A DNA stretch of 64,000 nt from Pseudomonadota bacterium. GTDB taxonomy: Bacteria > Pseudomonadota > Gammaproteobacteria > Burkholderiales > SG8-39. Location of the stretch: the NCBI GenBank assembly GCA_021811085.1, contig JAJZPQ010000003.1, positions 43,750-107,749 of the forward strand. The letters are read 5' to 3'. Positions 42,465 to 51,252 of the stretch are shown here, in pieces. The position numbers were made by a program, and so were the translations under genes. The notes beneath the pieces were generated by a model, which had not been told where the DNA came from, did no database searches, and worked only from the letters and a program-made list of their open reading frames with translations. Numbering within the stretch: position 1 is the first letter of the stretch; the number at the start of each line of letters is the position of its first letter.

Positions 42465-42505
42465 ATCGTAACGGCAATCGCCGCCACACTGTTGATATTG
42501 GTCAA
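42465..42505 (-). promoter_or_regulatory. FNR-dependent class II promoter
   Basis: TTGAT-attg-GTCAA at 42492-42505; minus-strand -10 TACGAT at 42465-42470; box centred about -41. Confidence 0.75.
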
Positions 42506-42566
42506 AAAGCACGTTGCTTCGCGCAGGCGCGCTGCTTCTCACGCACTGCGGGAGACCGAAGCATGT

Positions 42567-42580
42567 TTGATCTGCGTCAC
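42567..42580. promoter_or_regulatory. FNR-like box
   Basis: TTGAT-ctgc-GTCAC upstream of the small membrane-protein gene. Confidence 0.55.
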
Positions 42581-42667
42581 ACCGCGGCGGCCCGATTTGC
42601 GTTCTCCTGATCACTGCGTCATGCGCGGACCAATTGCTGCCCGCGCCAACCCGGGGGGAACCTGTCG

Positions 42668-42838
42668 ATGATCAGAAACAAAGCGCTGCGTCGCAGCCTT
42701 GGCGCGCTGCTCGTATTGCTGGGTGCCCTGCTGATCTGGTTGCCTTACGATCTGGCGAGCGGCGTCGTGCTGGTGCTTGCCGGCGCCGCGCTGGAACTGG
42801 TCGGCGTGGCGCTGGAGAAAAACGACAAGCAGCCTTAG
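42668..42838 (+). CDS. Small two-TM membrane protein (56 aa; absent from ORF track)
   Basis: MIRNKALRRSLGALLVLLGALLIWLPYDLASGVVLVLAGAALELVGVALEKNDKQP*; G-rich RBS, GC3-biased codons. Confidence 0.65.
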   Translation: MIRNKALRRSLGALLVLLGALLIWLPYDLASGVVLVLAGAALELVGVALEKNDKQP

Positions 42839-42885
42839 AGGATGCAGCAACAGCCGGCGCGGCCGCCGGCGCCATTGCGCCGCGG

Positions 42886-43335
42886 CTAATGCCGCCGCTG
42901 CGCTTCGCGCCGCTGCTCGAGCCGTATTGCCTGCGCCAGCGCAGACAGCTCCTCCGCCAGGACCGGAATCAGGTCGTCCATGGCCACGATACCCAGCAGA
43001 TGCTCGTTTGCGTCCACCACGACCAGGCGGCGCACGCCGCCGCTGCGCATGCGCGCGATGATCTCGAACAGTCCTGCCGTCTCCTTGAGTGTAGCCGGGG
43101 GCTCCGACATGATATCGCCGACCGTGAGCTTGCGGTAATCCACATCCGCCGCGACCACCTCGACCACCAGGTCGCGGTCGGTGACGATACCGATCGCGCG
43201 GCGCGCTGCGGCACCGCCTTCGGTCACCACCAGCGCACCGATATGATTATCGCGCATGAGCTTTGCCGCCTCCTGCACGGGCGTGCCGCGTTCGGCGATG
43301 ACGACGATCCGGCTGCAAATTTCTCCGACATTCAT
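42886..43335 (-). CDS. CBS-pair protein
   Basis: 'EAAKLMRDNHIGALVV', 'GIVTDRDL', 'VRRLVVVD'. Confidence 0.9.
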   Translation of the reverse strand: MNVGEICSRIVVIAERGTPVQEAAKLMRDNHIGALVVTEGGAAARRAIGIVTDRDLVVEVVAADVDYRKLTVGDIMSEPPATLKETAGLFEIIARMRSGGVRRLVVVDANEHLLGIVAMDDLIPVLAEELSALAQAIRLEQRREAQRRH

Positions 43336-43398
43336 GGCTGCCCCCTGTACGCAAAGTCGACGCGCCCGCCGCCAGGTGCAGGTGCGAGCGATGACACA

Positions 43399-43440
43399 AG
43401 TATGGGTCGCCCTTGCGCACGCAGGCTTGATTTTGGTCAC
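43399..43440 (-). promoter_or_regulatory. FNR-dependent class II promoter of CBS gene
   Basis: TTGAT-tttg-GTCAC at 43427-43440; minus-strand -10 CATACT at 43399-43404. Confidence 0.65.
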
Positions 43441-43597
43441 AGCGCATGGACAGATACTGCCGCGCCGCCCGCTGCCAGCGGCCTGCGCATAATGCGAGTC
43501 GTCCCAGGGCAATCTCTTTTATACTGCTACCTGAGGGTCTGTAGGCTTGCGGCGGCGGAAGGCTGGGCGCCGACGGATCCTGACAAGGGGATTCAGT

Positions 43598-46054
43598 TTG
43601 CGGCAACCATCGGCCCAAGCCGATAAACCTATCGCTGCTGCGCGGCCACGAGCGACGCCCGCGCGGCGGCCGCGCTATCTGGTGCTCAGCCTGGGCGCCC
43701 TGGCGGTGCTGTCGATCCTCGCCAGCACCGTGTTCAACTTGTGGCGCATGCATGACGAGGTGACCCAGCTCGCCGAAGAGCATCTGCTCGGCTTGGCCCA
43801 TATACTCGCCGAGCAGACCGTGCGTTCGACCCACGCTGTCGATGCCGTACTTCGCGCTGCCGCGGAAGACGCGCAAAGAGCGGGAGCCGGCGACGCGCAG
43901 GTCCCGTCAAGGGAACTGCATCAGCAATTGCGCGAAATCATCGCGCACACGCCCTACGTCAGCGCACTCATGCTGTCGGACGCGAACGGCAATCTGCTGG
44001 CCCACACGGCGGAATTTCCGCCGCCGTCGATTCACCTCGGCAACAGCGAATTCTTTCGCGCACACCGCGAGCGCCGTGCCGCACCGGCGCGCGTGCCGCA
44101 GCCAATAGTCAGCAGGGCCGAAGGCGAGCGCGGCATCAGCGTGAGCCGCAGGCTGAATGCGCCGGATGGCCGCTTTGTCGGCGTCATCTCCGCCATCGTC
44201 GGTCCGGATTATTTCCTCGGTCCGGTGGGCTTGCAGGAACTCGGCCCGGATGGGATGGTACGGCTGCTGCGCCGCGACGGCGCCTTGCTCGCCGGTTATC
44301 CGATGGCGAATGCAGCCGCCACCCGCAACTATCGCGACTCAGCGCTGTTCACCCAGGGCGTAGACGCCGGACGCGAACTGATTCGCCACCCCAGCGCCAG
44401 CGGCGGCCAGGAACGCCTCAGCGCAATTCGCGTAATCGACGACTACCCGCTCGTCGTGACCGTGACCTCGTCCACCGATTTTGTCCTGCGCACCTGGCGC
44501 CGCAGCGCGGCGCTGTTCGGGGCTGTCGCCGCGCTCACCGCCACCCTGCTCGCCCTGATCACCCTGTCGCTTGCGCGCCAGTTGCGCGTCGACGAGGAGT
44601 TGAAAGCCGAGGTCAGCGAATCGGAGGAGCGCCTGCAGGCCATTATTCAGTCGGCCATGGACGCGATCATCATCGTCGATACGCAGCAGCGCATCGTGCT
44701 GTTCAACGCCGCCGCGGAGCAGACCTTCCGCTGCCCGAGCGCGCAGGCAATCGGCGCCGATATCAGCCGCTTCGTTCGCGGGCGCCTGCTCGAACTGCAG
44801 CCGCTGTACGCCGCCGAGGGCGGCGCCGCCGACGCCCCGATGCGCAGAATGGGACAGCATCTCGCGCTCAGCGGCATATCCGCCGCCGGCAGCGAATTTC
44901 CCATCGATGCCTCGGTTTCCCAGGTTCAGCTGCAAGACACGCTGCTGTACATCGTGATTCTGCGCGATGTCACCGAGCGCAAGCAGGTGGAGGCGGCGTT
45001 GCGCGCGAGCGAGCAACGCTACCGCACGCTGTTCAACCAGGCTACCGACGGCATCTTGCTGCTCGATGCGGACGGCAACGTCATCGACGTCAACGGCGCT
45101 TTCGCGCGTATGCACGGCTATGCCGTCGACGAGCTTCTGCAGATGAATCTGCGCGAACTGGATACGCCGGAGACTTTGGAGCTCGCGCCGGAGCGCCTCA
45201 GGCGCATACTCTCCGGGGAAACCATCGGCTTCGAGGTGGAGCACTTTCGCAAGGACGGCAGCATTCTGCCGCTCGACGTCGCCACTTCGGCGATCGATAT
45301 CGACGGGGGCATCTTCGCGCTGGCATTTCATCGCGACATCACCGAGCGCAGGCGCGCCGAGCAGGACCTCAAGCGCTCGCAGCAGGAACTGCGCGGCCTG
45401 TCCAAGGCCGCGAACGAGGCGCTGGAGGCGGAGCGCCGCCGCACCGCGCGCGAGCTGCACGACGAACTCGGCCAATCGCTCACCGCGCTGAAAATGGACC
45501 TCGAGTCGCTGCGCTCCGCCCTGCCCCCCGACCAGGTGGAGCTGGGCGAACGCGCGCTCGCCATGCACGGCCTGCTCGACAGCACGATCGCAGCCACACG
45601 CCGCATCGCCGCCGATTTGCGCCCGCTGATGCTCGACGACCTGGGACTGGCCGCAGCGCTTGATTGGCTGACGCACAATTTTTCCAAGCACACCGGCATC
45701 GCCACCGACCTGGTGATCGACGACGCCGTGGCGCAGGTGCCCGAGCCGATCGCGTCTGCGCTATACCGCATCACCCAGGAATCGCTCACCAATGTGGCGA
45801 AATATGCGCATGCGAGCACCGCCGAAATCCGTCTCGAGCGCGACGGCGACTGGGTGGAACTCCTCGTGCGCGACGATGGCCGCGGCATCGAGGCCGCGGA
45901 CCAGGGCAAGCAGGGCGCATTCGGCCTGCTCGGTATCCGCGAACGGGTGACGCTGCTCGGCGGGGAAGTCGCGATCACGGGCAAACCCGGCCAGGGCAGC
46001 CAGGTGCGCGCGCGCATTCCGCTCGCCGCGGCAGACGCGGGGGCGATCGCATGA
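43598..46054 (+). CDS. Sensor histidine kinase: Cache-like, 2 PAS, HisKA_3
   Basis: 2 TM, PAS 'FNAAAE', 'RDVTERK', 'ARELHDELGQ.LT', 'QESLTNV', 'DDGRG'; start uncertain. Confidence 0.9.
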   Translation: MRQPSAQADKPIAAARPRATPARRPRYLVLSLGALAVLSILASTVFNLWRMHDEVTQLAEEHLLGLAHILAEQTVRSTHAVDAVLRAAAEDAQRAGAGDAQVPSRELHQQLREIIAHTPYVSALMLSDANGNLLAHTAEFPPPSIHLGNSEFFRAHRERRAAPARVPQPIVSRAEGERGISVSRRLNAPDGRFVGVISAIVGPDYFLGPVGLQELGPDGMVRLLRRDGALLAGYPMANAAATRNYRDSALFTQGVDAGRELIRHPSASGGQERLSAIRVIDDYPLVVTVTSSTDFVLRTWRRSAALFGAVAALTATLLALITLSLARQLRVDEELKAEVSESEERLQAIIQSAMDAIIIVDTQQRIVLFNAAAEQTFRCPSAQAIGADISRFVRGRLLELQPLYAAEGGAADAPMRRMGQHLALSGISAAGSEFPIDASVSQVQLQDTLLYIVILRDVTERKQVEAALRASEQRYRTLFNQATDGILLLDADGNVIDVNGAFARMHGYAVDELLQMNLRELDTPETLELAPERLRRILSGETIGFEVEHFRKDGSILPLDVATSAIDIDGGIFALAFHRDITERRRAEQDLKRSQQELRGLSKAANEALEAERRRTARELHDELGQSLTALKMDLESLRSALPPDQVELGERALAMHGLLDSTIAATRRIAADLRPLMLDDLGLAAALDWLTHNFSKHTGIATDLVIDDAVAQVPEPIASALYRITQESLTNVAKYAHASTAEIRLERDGDWVELLVRDDGRGIEAADQGKQGAFGLLGIRERVTLLGGEVAITGKPGQGSQVRARIPLAAADAGAIA

Positions 46055-46695
46055 CGCGCATCCTGATTGCCGACGACCACGCGATCGTGCGCGACGGCCT
46101 GCGCCGCATACTGCAGAGCGCGCCCGGAATCGAAGTGGCGGGCGAGGCGGTGAGCGGCGACGAAGTCATGGCGCGGGTGCGCGCGGGCGGCTTCGATCTG
46201 CTGCTGCTCGACATGTCGATGCCTGGGAAAAGCGGCATCGAGCTGATCAAATGGGCCAAAACCACGCGCCCGGAGCTCGCCGTGCTGGTGCTGTCCATGC
46301 ACCAGGAGGAGCAGTACGCGGTGCGCGCGATTCGCGCCGGCGCATCCGGCTATGTGACCAAGGAAAGCGCCTCCGCGCTGCTGGTCGCCGCGATCCGCAA
46401 GGTCGCCGAAGGCGGGCTGTACATCAGCCCCGGCGTGGCGGAGCAGCTCGCGCTCACGCTGCGGCCGCAGGCCGATAATCTGCCGCATCAGACGCTGTCC
46501 GATCGCGAATACGAGGTATTCGGCCTGTTGGTGACGGGCGCGACCGTCTCCGATATCGCCGCTCGTCTGCATTTGAGCGGAAAGACCGTGAGCACGCACA
46601 AGGCGCGCATCTTCGAAAAGATGGGCATGGACAGCGTCGCCGACCTGGTGCGCTACGCCATGGCACACAAGCTAGGCGACGCGCGCGACGCCTAA
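46051..46695 (+). CDS. NarL/FixJ-family response regulator
   Basis: 'IADDH', 'LLDMSMPG', 'LSDREYEV', 'KTVSTHK'. Confidence 0.92.
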   Translation: MTRILIADDHAIVRDGLRRILQSAPGIEVAGEAVSGDEVMARVRAGGFDLLLLDMSMPGKSGIELIKWAKTTRPELAVLVLSMHQEEQYAVRAIRAGASGYVTKESASALLVAAIRKVAEGGLYISPGVAEQLALTLRPQADNLPHQTLSDREYEVFGLLVTGATVSDIAARLHLSGKTVSTHKARIFEKMGMDSVADLVRYAMAHKLGDARDA

Positions 46696-46704
46696 TCCCC
46701 GCCG

Positions 46705-46726
46705 CGTGTAGGCATCGCCCTACACG
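46705..46726. promoter_or_regulatory. Inverted repeat, candidate response-regulator site
   Basis: CGTGTAGG-N6-CCTACACG perfect arms, no U-tract. Confidence 0.5.
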
Positions 46727-46828
46727 GCTTCCGAAAAGTCCGATGCCCCGTTTCAGCCCGCGCCTATGGTGGGCGCGGCAGTTGATGTTCCATACTCGGG
46801 CCAACTACAGGCAGATCCGGCGGCGATT

Positions 46829-47239
46829 ATGGAATGGGCTCAACAGGACGCGACGCTCCAGGTATACCTGGTCGAGGATTCGCCGGCGATCCGCGCGCGC
46901 CTCGCTGCCACCATCAGGGGGATCGAAGGCGCCGAATTGGTGGGAGAAGCGGGCACGGTAGGCGCCGCGATCGAGGGCATCCGCTCGACCCATCCCGGCG
47001 CGGTGATTCTGGATCTGCAGCTGGAGGACGGCAGCGGCCTGGAAGTGCTCAAAGCGGTGTACCCCTCCGCGCCCGCGCTGCACGTCGCGGTGCTCACCAA
47101 TTACGCCACCGACCAGCACCGGCGCGCCTGCATGGACGCCGGCGCCGAATTTTTCCTGGATAAGTCCTCCGATTTCCCGCGCATCCGGGAGATTGTCCAG
47201 CGCTGGACAGCACGCCCCGCACCCGCCGTTTTCCATTAA
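46829..47239 (+). CDS. Stand-alone receiver-domain protein
   Basis: 'LVEDS', 'ILDLQL', 'VLTN', 'FLDK'. Confidence 0.85.
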   Translation: MEWAQQDATLQVYLVEDSPAIRARLAATIRGIEGAELVGEAGTVGAAIEGIRSTHPGAVILDLQLEDGSGLEVLKAVYPSAPALHVAVLTNYATDQHRRACMDAGAEFFLDKSSDFPRIREIVQRWTARPAPAVFH

Positions 47240-47265
47240 ACGGATGCAACCCGCAGATCAAACCC

Positions 47266-48180
47266 ATGGAGCCAAAAATGACCGCCGCAATGTCGCACTT
47301 TGATGCACTCGATTTTGTTGGCAGCATCGACGCGGGGGCGCCGGACCTGCAGGAGCATGAGGGCGCCAACGTTTCCGTACGCGATCTGACGCGGCTGCTG
47401 CATATCGAGTACCCCGACGACGCCTGGCTCGCGCGCACCGCATTCGCCCTGCGCCGCGTGCGCGAGGGCGAGGCGCTGGTGCATGCGGGTGACAAATTCC
47501 ATTCCCTCTACGTCGTCCGCTCCGGTTGCTTCAAGACCGTCTACACCGATTTCTCCGGCAGCGAACAGGTGCTGGGATTCCCGATGTGCGGCGATCTGAT
47601 GGGAGCCGATGGCATCGACTGCGGGCACTACAGCTCGACCGCCGTTTCGCTCGATACCAGCGAAGTGGTGATCGTACCGCTCACCAGTCTGGCGCGCCTG
47701 GTGTACGAATGCCCCAGCCTGGAAGCCATGCTGTATCGCGTGCTGAGCCGCGAGTTGGTGCGCGTGCAGAACATGGCCTGGACCCTGGGCACGCTCGGTG
47801 CGGAAGGCCGGGTGGCGGCGTTCCTGCTCAACCTTTCGGCACGGCTCGGCGCATTGGGCTATTCGCGCAGCTCGTTCAATTTGCGCATGACGCGCCAGGA
47901 AATCGGCAGCTACCTCGGCCTCAAGCTTGAAACGGTGAGCCGCGCGCTATCGGCATTGAATACCGCCGGCATCATCCAGGTGCACCAGAGAAGCATAGAC
48001 ATCGTGGACGCCGACGCATTGCGCGGCGTGATCGACCCGGCCGCGGGCGTCCCGGCCGGCGTCGCGCCGCAATTCGATTCACCCCCTGCGCACAGCGACG
48101 TCAGCGCCGGCAAGCACGCCAAAAAAGCCCGCGCACAGTTTCCGCCCGGGCTTGCCTGGCGGCAGCTCGCGGCGGCTTAG
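47266..48180 (+). CDS. Crp/Fnr-family regulator (FixK-like, no N-terminal Cys cluster)
   Basis: cNMP-like domain, 'MTRQEIGSYLGLKLETVSR' FNR recognition helix. Confidence 0.9.
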   Translation: MEPKMTAAMSHFDALDFVGSIDAGAPDLQEHEGANVSVRDLTRLLHIEYPDDAWLARTAFALRRVREGEALVHAGDKFHSLYVVRSGCFKTVYTDFSGSEQVLGFPMCGDLMGADGIDCGHYSSTAVSLDTSEVVIVPLTSLARLVYECPSLEAMLYRVLSRELVRVQNMAWTLGTLGAEGRVAAFLLNLSARLGALGYSRSSFNLRMTRQEIGSYLGLKLETVSRALSALNTAGIIQVHQRSIDIVDADALRGVIDPAAGVPAGVAPQFDSPPAHSDVSAGKHAKKARAQFPPGLAWRQLAAA

Positions 48181-48267
48181 CCCACGCATCGGCATCGGAC
48201 GCAATGCCGCCGCGCGGCCGCAGCAGGTATCATAGCGGCGCCTTCACCAACAAAAAGGGGTTCCGAC

Positions 48268-48711
48268 ATGTTCAAGCACATCCTCGTTCCGACCGACGGG
48301 TCGACTTTGTCGCTGCGCGCCGCGAAGAATGCCGTGCGCTTCGCCAAAGTCCACGGCGCGCGCATGACCGCCTTTTATGTGGCGCCGCAATATCATCCGA
48401 ATATTGCAGGCGATTACCTGCCGGCAAATTTCGTCCCGCTCGCCGTGTTCCAGAAGCAGATCAAGAAGACTGCGGAAAAATACCTGGATCAGATCAAGAA
48501 GCTCGCCAGCGTGGGCAGCGTTGCCTGCTCCGGCTTCTATGTCAGCGACGATTCGCCCTATCAAGCGATCATCAAGGCCGCCAAGGAGCGCAAGTGCGAT
48601 CTCATTTTCATGGCCTCGCACGGCCGCAGCGGGATCGCCGGGCTGTTGATCGGCAGCGAAACAAGCAAGGTGCTCACGCACTGCAAGCTGCCGGTGCTGG
48701 TCTATCGCTGA
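48268..48711 (+). CDS. Universal stress protein
   Basis: 'ILVPTDGS', 'DLIFMASHGRSG', 'IGSET.KVL…PVLV'. Confidence 0.93.
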   Translation: MFKHILVPTDGSTLSLRAAKNAVRFAKVHGARMTAFYVAPQYHPNIAGDYLPANFVPLAVFQKQIKKTAEKYLDQIKKLASVGSVACSGFYVSDDSPYQAIIKAAKERKCDLIFMASHGRSGIAGLLIGSETSKVLTHCKLPVLVYR

Positions 48712-48739
48712 GCCGGGAGCGCCGCAGCTGCGACGCAGG

Positions 48740-49047
48740 CGCGGGAAGAAAAGAGATGCTTGGCTGGCAGCGAGGACCGACCAAATGCGAGGATCACGAG
48801 CGTTTACCCTCAAGCCGACAATAAATATTTTTCGTGCACAGGATACTAAATCCGCAAAGTGCCGCTGTTGCTGTTCCACGAATTCAGGGCGAAACAGAAC
48901 CTCTTTCGCTTCAGAGTAGAGAGCCATGGCAGGCGCGAGACCGGTGTCGCCCGTGAGGAAACGATTCATGTCCTCCGGATGACTTGCTACACGAACGGGT
49001 CCGCTGTGTGCGCTGGCACCCGCGCCAAATAGCAGTAGGTTCGACAT
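48740..49047 (-). pseudogene. Internally deleted SIR2-like gene remnant
   Basis: 'LLLFGAGAS' start joined within about 25 codons to C-terminal-type 'P…K…IFIVG…D..IW'; no own stop before running into usp; lower GC by eye. Confidence 0.55.
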
Positions 49048-49070
49048 GACGCCACCACTAGCTTAGCGAC

Positions 49071-49367
49071 TCACGCAGCTTTCTTCACGAGAAGCCGCAC
49101 GCTCAATCCAGCGCGCGTAGCGATGTTGACCAGCGCGTCCAAGCTGAACAGGCCGATCTTGCCCTTGAGCAGGGCGTTGAGGCGCGGCGCCGTCAGACCC
49201 AGAACCTCTGCCATCTTTGCCTGAGGCACGCCACTTTTCTGACAGCAGTCCTCGATGCGCATCATCAGTTCGGCGCGCAGCTTCAGGTTCTCGGCTTCGT
49301 CCTTGTCGAAACCGATGTCGGCAAAGACGTTGCCCGAGCCGCGGGTAATTTTCAATTTCTTGCTCAT
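49071..49367 (-). CDS. HigA-like XRE antitoxin
   Basis: 'SGNVFADIGF', HTH 'Q…AEVLG.T.PR', 'FSLDAL'. Confidence 0.85.
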   Translation of the reverse strand: MSKKLKITRGSGNVFADIGFDKDEAENLKLRAELMMRIEDCCQKSGVPQAKMAEVLGLTAPRLNALLKGKIGLFSLDALVNIATRAGLSVRLLVKKAA

Positions 49368-49702
49368 CGCTGTCTTCTCTCCTGCACCAATTCCCTGAAG
49401 CGCCGCCGGGCAAGCTCGAGGTCCTGCTTCGGGGTCTTCTGCGCCTTTTTCTGGAAGGCGTGTAGCACGTACACCGCCTCCGCGAACTTGGCCACGTAGA
49501 TGACACGGAACGCGCCGCCGTCCTCGCGCACGCGAATCTCGTTGGCCCCGAGCCCGACCGAAGGCATGGGCTTCCAGTCGGCTGGTTCCTTGCCGGCTTG
49601 GACGCGCTCAAGCTGATACCCTGCCTCGCGCCGGAGGTCATCGGGAAACGCCCGAATTTGCTCCTGGCTGTCTCCGACCCATCGAACTTGCTTGAGCGTC
49701 AT
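49364..49702 (-). CDS. HigB/RelE (Gp49-like) toxin
   Basis: 'AGYQL..VQ.G..P.DWKPM', 'EIR', 'RVIY', 'VLHAFQKK'. Confidence 0.88.
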   Translation of the reverse strand: MTLKQVRWVGDSQEQIRAFPDDLRREAGYQLERVQAGKEPADWKPMPSVGLGANEIRVREDGGAFRVIYVAKFAEAVYVLHAFQKKAQKTPKQDLELARRRFRELVQERRQR

Positions 49703-49720
49703 ATTATCAGAACTGGTAAT
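49703..49720. promoter_or_regulatory. TA operon operator palindrome
   Basis: ATTATCAG-aa-CTGGTAAT directly upstream of the toxin ATG. Confidence 0.55.
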
Positions 49721-49807
49721 TATGGCAAGATCAGCGAGGCGGGCGCAGCGTCGCCGGGAATCACGCCAGATGTCGACAAAGTAGCGCGGCGGATTTTGGA
49801 CAAGAAT

Positions 49808-49846
49808 AAGGCCAGAAGCATTGCTTCCGCAACGACTTCTGGCCTT
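49808..49846. terminator. Long hairpin downstream of tRNA-Thr
   Basis: AAGGCCAGAAG…CTTCTGGCCTT. Confidence 0.6.
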
Positions 49847-49868
49847 TGTTGGATTGCGTTGAATTCGA

Positions 49869-49944
49869 TGGTGCCGGGTAAAGGAATCGAACCCTCGACC
49901 GTCGCATTACAAATGCGCTGCTCTACCAACTGAGCTAACCCGGC
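49869..49944 (-). tRNA. tRNA-Thr(TGT)
   Basis: GCCGGGTTAGCTCAG…GCGCA-TTTGTAA-TGCGA…GGTTCGATTCC…GGCACCA; TATAAT at 49956-49961. Confidence 0.93.
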
Positions 49945-50034
49945 ATGCGCGGCATATTATACGCGTGCGCCGGAGATGTCTCCGCGTACGCTTACCGAAA
50001 CCGCCCGCGGATTCGACTGCGCTGAGTCAGATGG

Positions 50035-50454
50035 TTACTTGACCCGCCGCAGCGACGGCTTGCCCGATGGACGCGGCGGCCCGGGCGGAGTTTCATCGGC
50101 CGCGCCGGCCTCAGCCGGCTTTTCCGGACTCGCCGTATCCGCAGGCGTGACCTCGAACGACAAACCTTGGCCGTTCTCGCGCGCGTAGATTGCCGACACC
50201 GCGCCTACCGGAATCGAGATGTCGCGGCTGCTGCCGTTGAAGCGGGCGCAGAACTCGATCAGGTCATTGCCCATCTTGAAACGCTCCACGGAAATCGGGC
50301 CGATGTTGAGCACGATCTGCCCGTCCTTGACGTATTCCATCGGGACGTGCGTGTGCGCGTCCACCGTCACCGTGATGTAGGGCGTATAGCCGCTGTCCAC
50401 GCACCATTCGTAGATGGCGCGCATCAGGTACGGCTTGGTGGAGAGTTCTGCCAT
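50035..50454 (-). CDS. sspB: ClpXP adaptor SspB
   Basis: 'KPYL.RAIYEW', 'IYARENGQG', C-terminal 'LRRVK'. Confidence 0.93.
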   Translation of the reverse strand: MAELSTKPYLMRAIYEWCVDSGYTPYITVTVDAHTHVPMEYVKDGQIVLNIGPISVERFKMGNDLIEFCARFNGSSRDISIPVGAVSAIYARENGQGLSFEVTPADTASPEKPAEAGAADETPPGPPRPSGKPSLRRVK

Positions 50455-50526
50455 AGATGAACTGGTCGCTCCGGATGCCCGCTTGGCACGGGCAATTTTT
50501 GCAGGGAGTCTGCTATTGCGTCGGCG

Positions 50527-50561
50527 GCAGATCCCGCGTCGCTCCCGCTCCTCGGGATGAC
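50527..50561. repeat. Palindromic repeat related to 13315-13397
   Basis: Reverse complement GTCATCCCGAGGAGCG…GCGACGCGGGATCTGC. Confidence 0.55.
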
Positions 50562-50571
50562 CGCTACGCGG

Positions 50572-51171
50572 TCACTTGCGCATCACCTTTTCCGAGGGCG
50601 TCAGCGCCTCGATGAACGCCGGCCGCGAGAACAGCCGCTCGGCATACTTCATCAGCGGCGCCGCAGGTTTTCCGAGCGAGATGCCGTAGTGGTTCAGGCG
50701 CCACAGCAACGGCGCGATCGCCACATCGAGCATGGAGAATTCGTCGCCCAGCATGTACTTCTGCTTGACGAAAATGGGCGCCAGCTCGGTCAGCCGGTCG
50801 GCCACGTGCGCGCGCGCCTTTTCCTGCTGTTTGGCCGTACCGTCCTCCAGGATTTCAATGCGGCTGAACAACTCCACCTCGAAATTGAACAGCAGCAGGC
50901 GCGCGCGCGCGCGCATCACCGGGTCGGGCGGCATCAGCTGCGGGTGCGGGAAGCGCTCGTCGATGTATTCGTTGATGATGTTCGACTCGTACAGCACCAA
51001 GTCGCGCTCGACCAGCACCGGCAGGCGGTTGTACGGATTCATCACCGCGATGTCTTCCGGCTTGTTGAACAGGTCGACGTCGATGATCTGAAAGTCCATG
51101 CCCTTCTCGTAGAGCACGATGCGGCAGCGTTGCGAAAAAGGACAGGTAGTGCCGGAATAAAGGTTCATCAT
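50572..51171 (-). CDS. sspA: Stringent starvation protein A
   Basis: 'LYESNIINEYIDERFPHPQLMP'. Confidence 0.94.
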   Translation of the reverse strand: MMNLYSGTTCPFSQRCRIVLYEKGMDFQIIDVDLFNKPEDIAVMNPYNRLPVLVERDLVLYESNIINEYIDERFPHPQLMPPDPVMRARARLLLFNFEVELFSRIEILEDGTAKQQEKARAHVADRLTELAPIFVKQKYMLGDEFSMLDVAIAPLLWRLNHYGISLGKPAAPLMKYAERLFSRPAFIEALTPSEKVMRK

Positions 51172-51252
51172 GATCGCGAAAGCCTTAAAAAATTAAGCGG
51201 GCGGCGCCCGCCTCCGAGTCTAGTTGCCGGTGTGTTTCAACCGGCTTCCAGA

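Noticed and set aside
48191-48204. FNR-like site upstream of usp
   Set aside because: Position fits a TATCAT -10, but only one degenerate half-site matches
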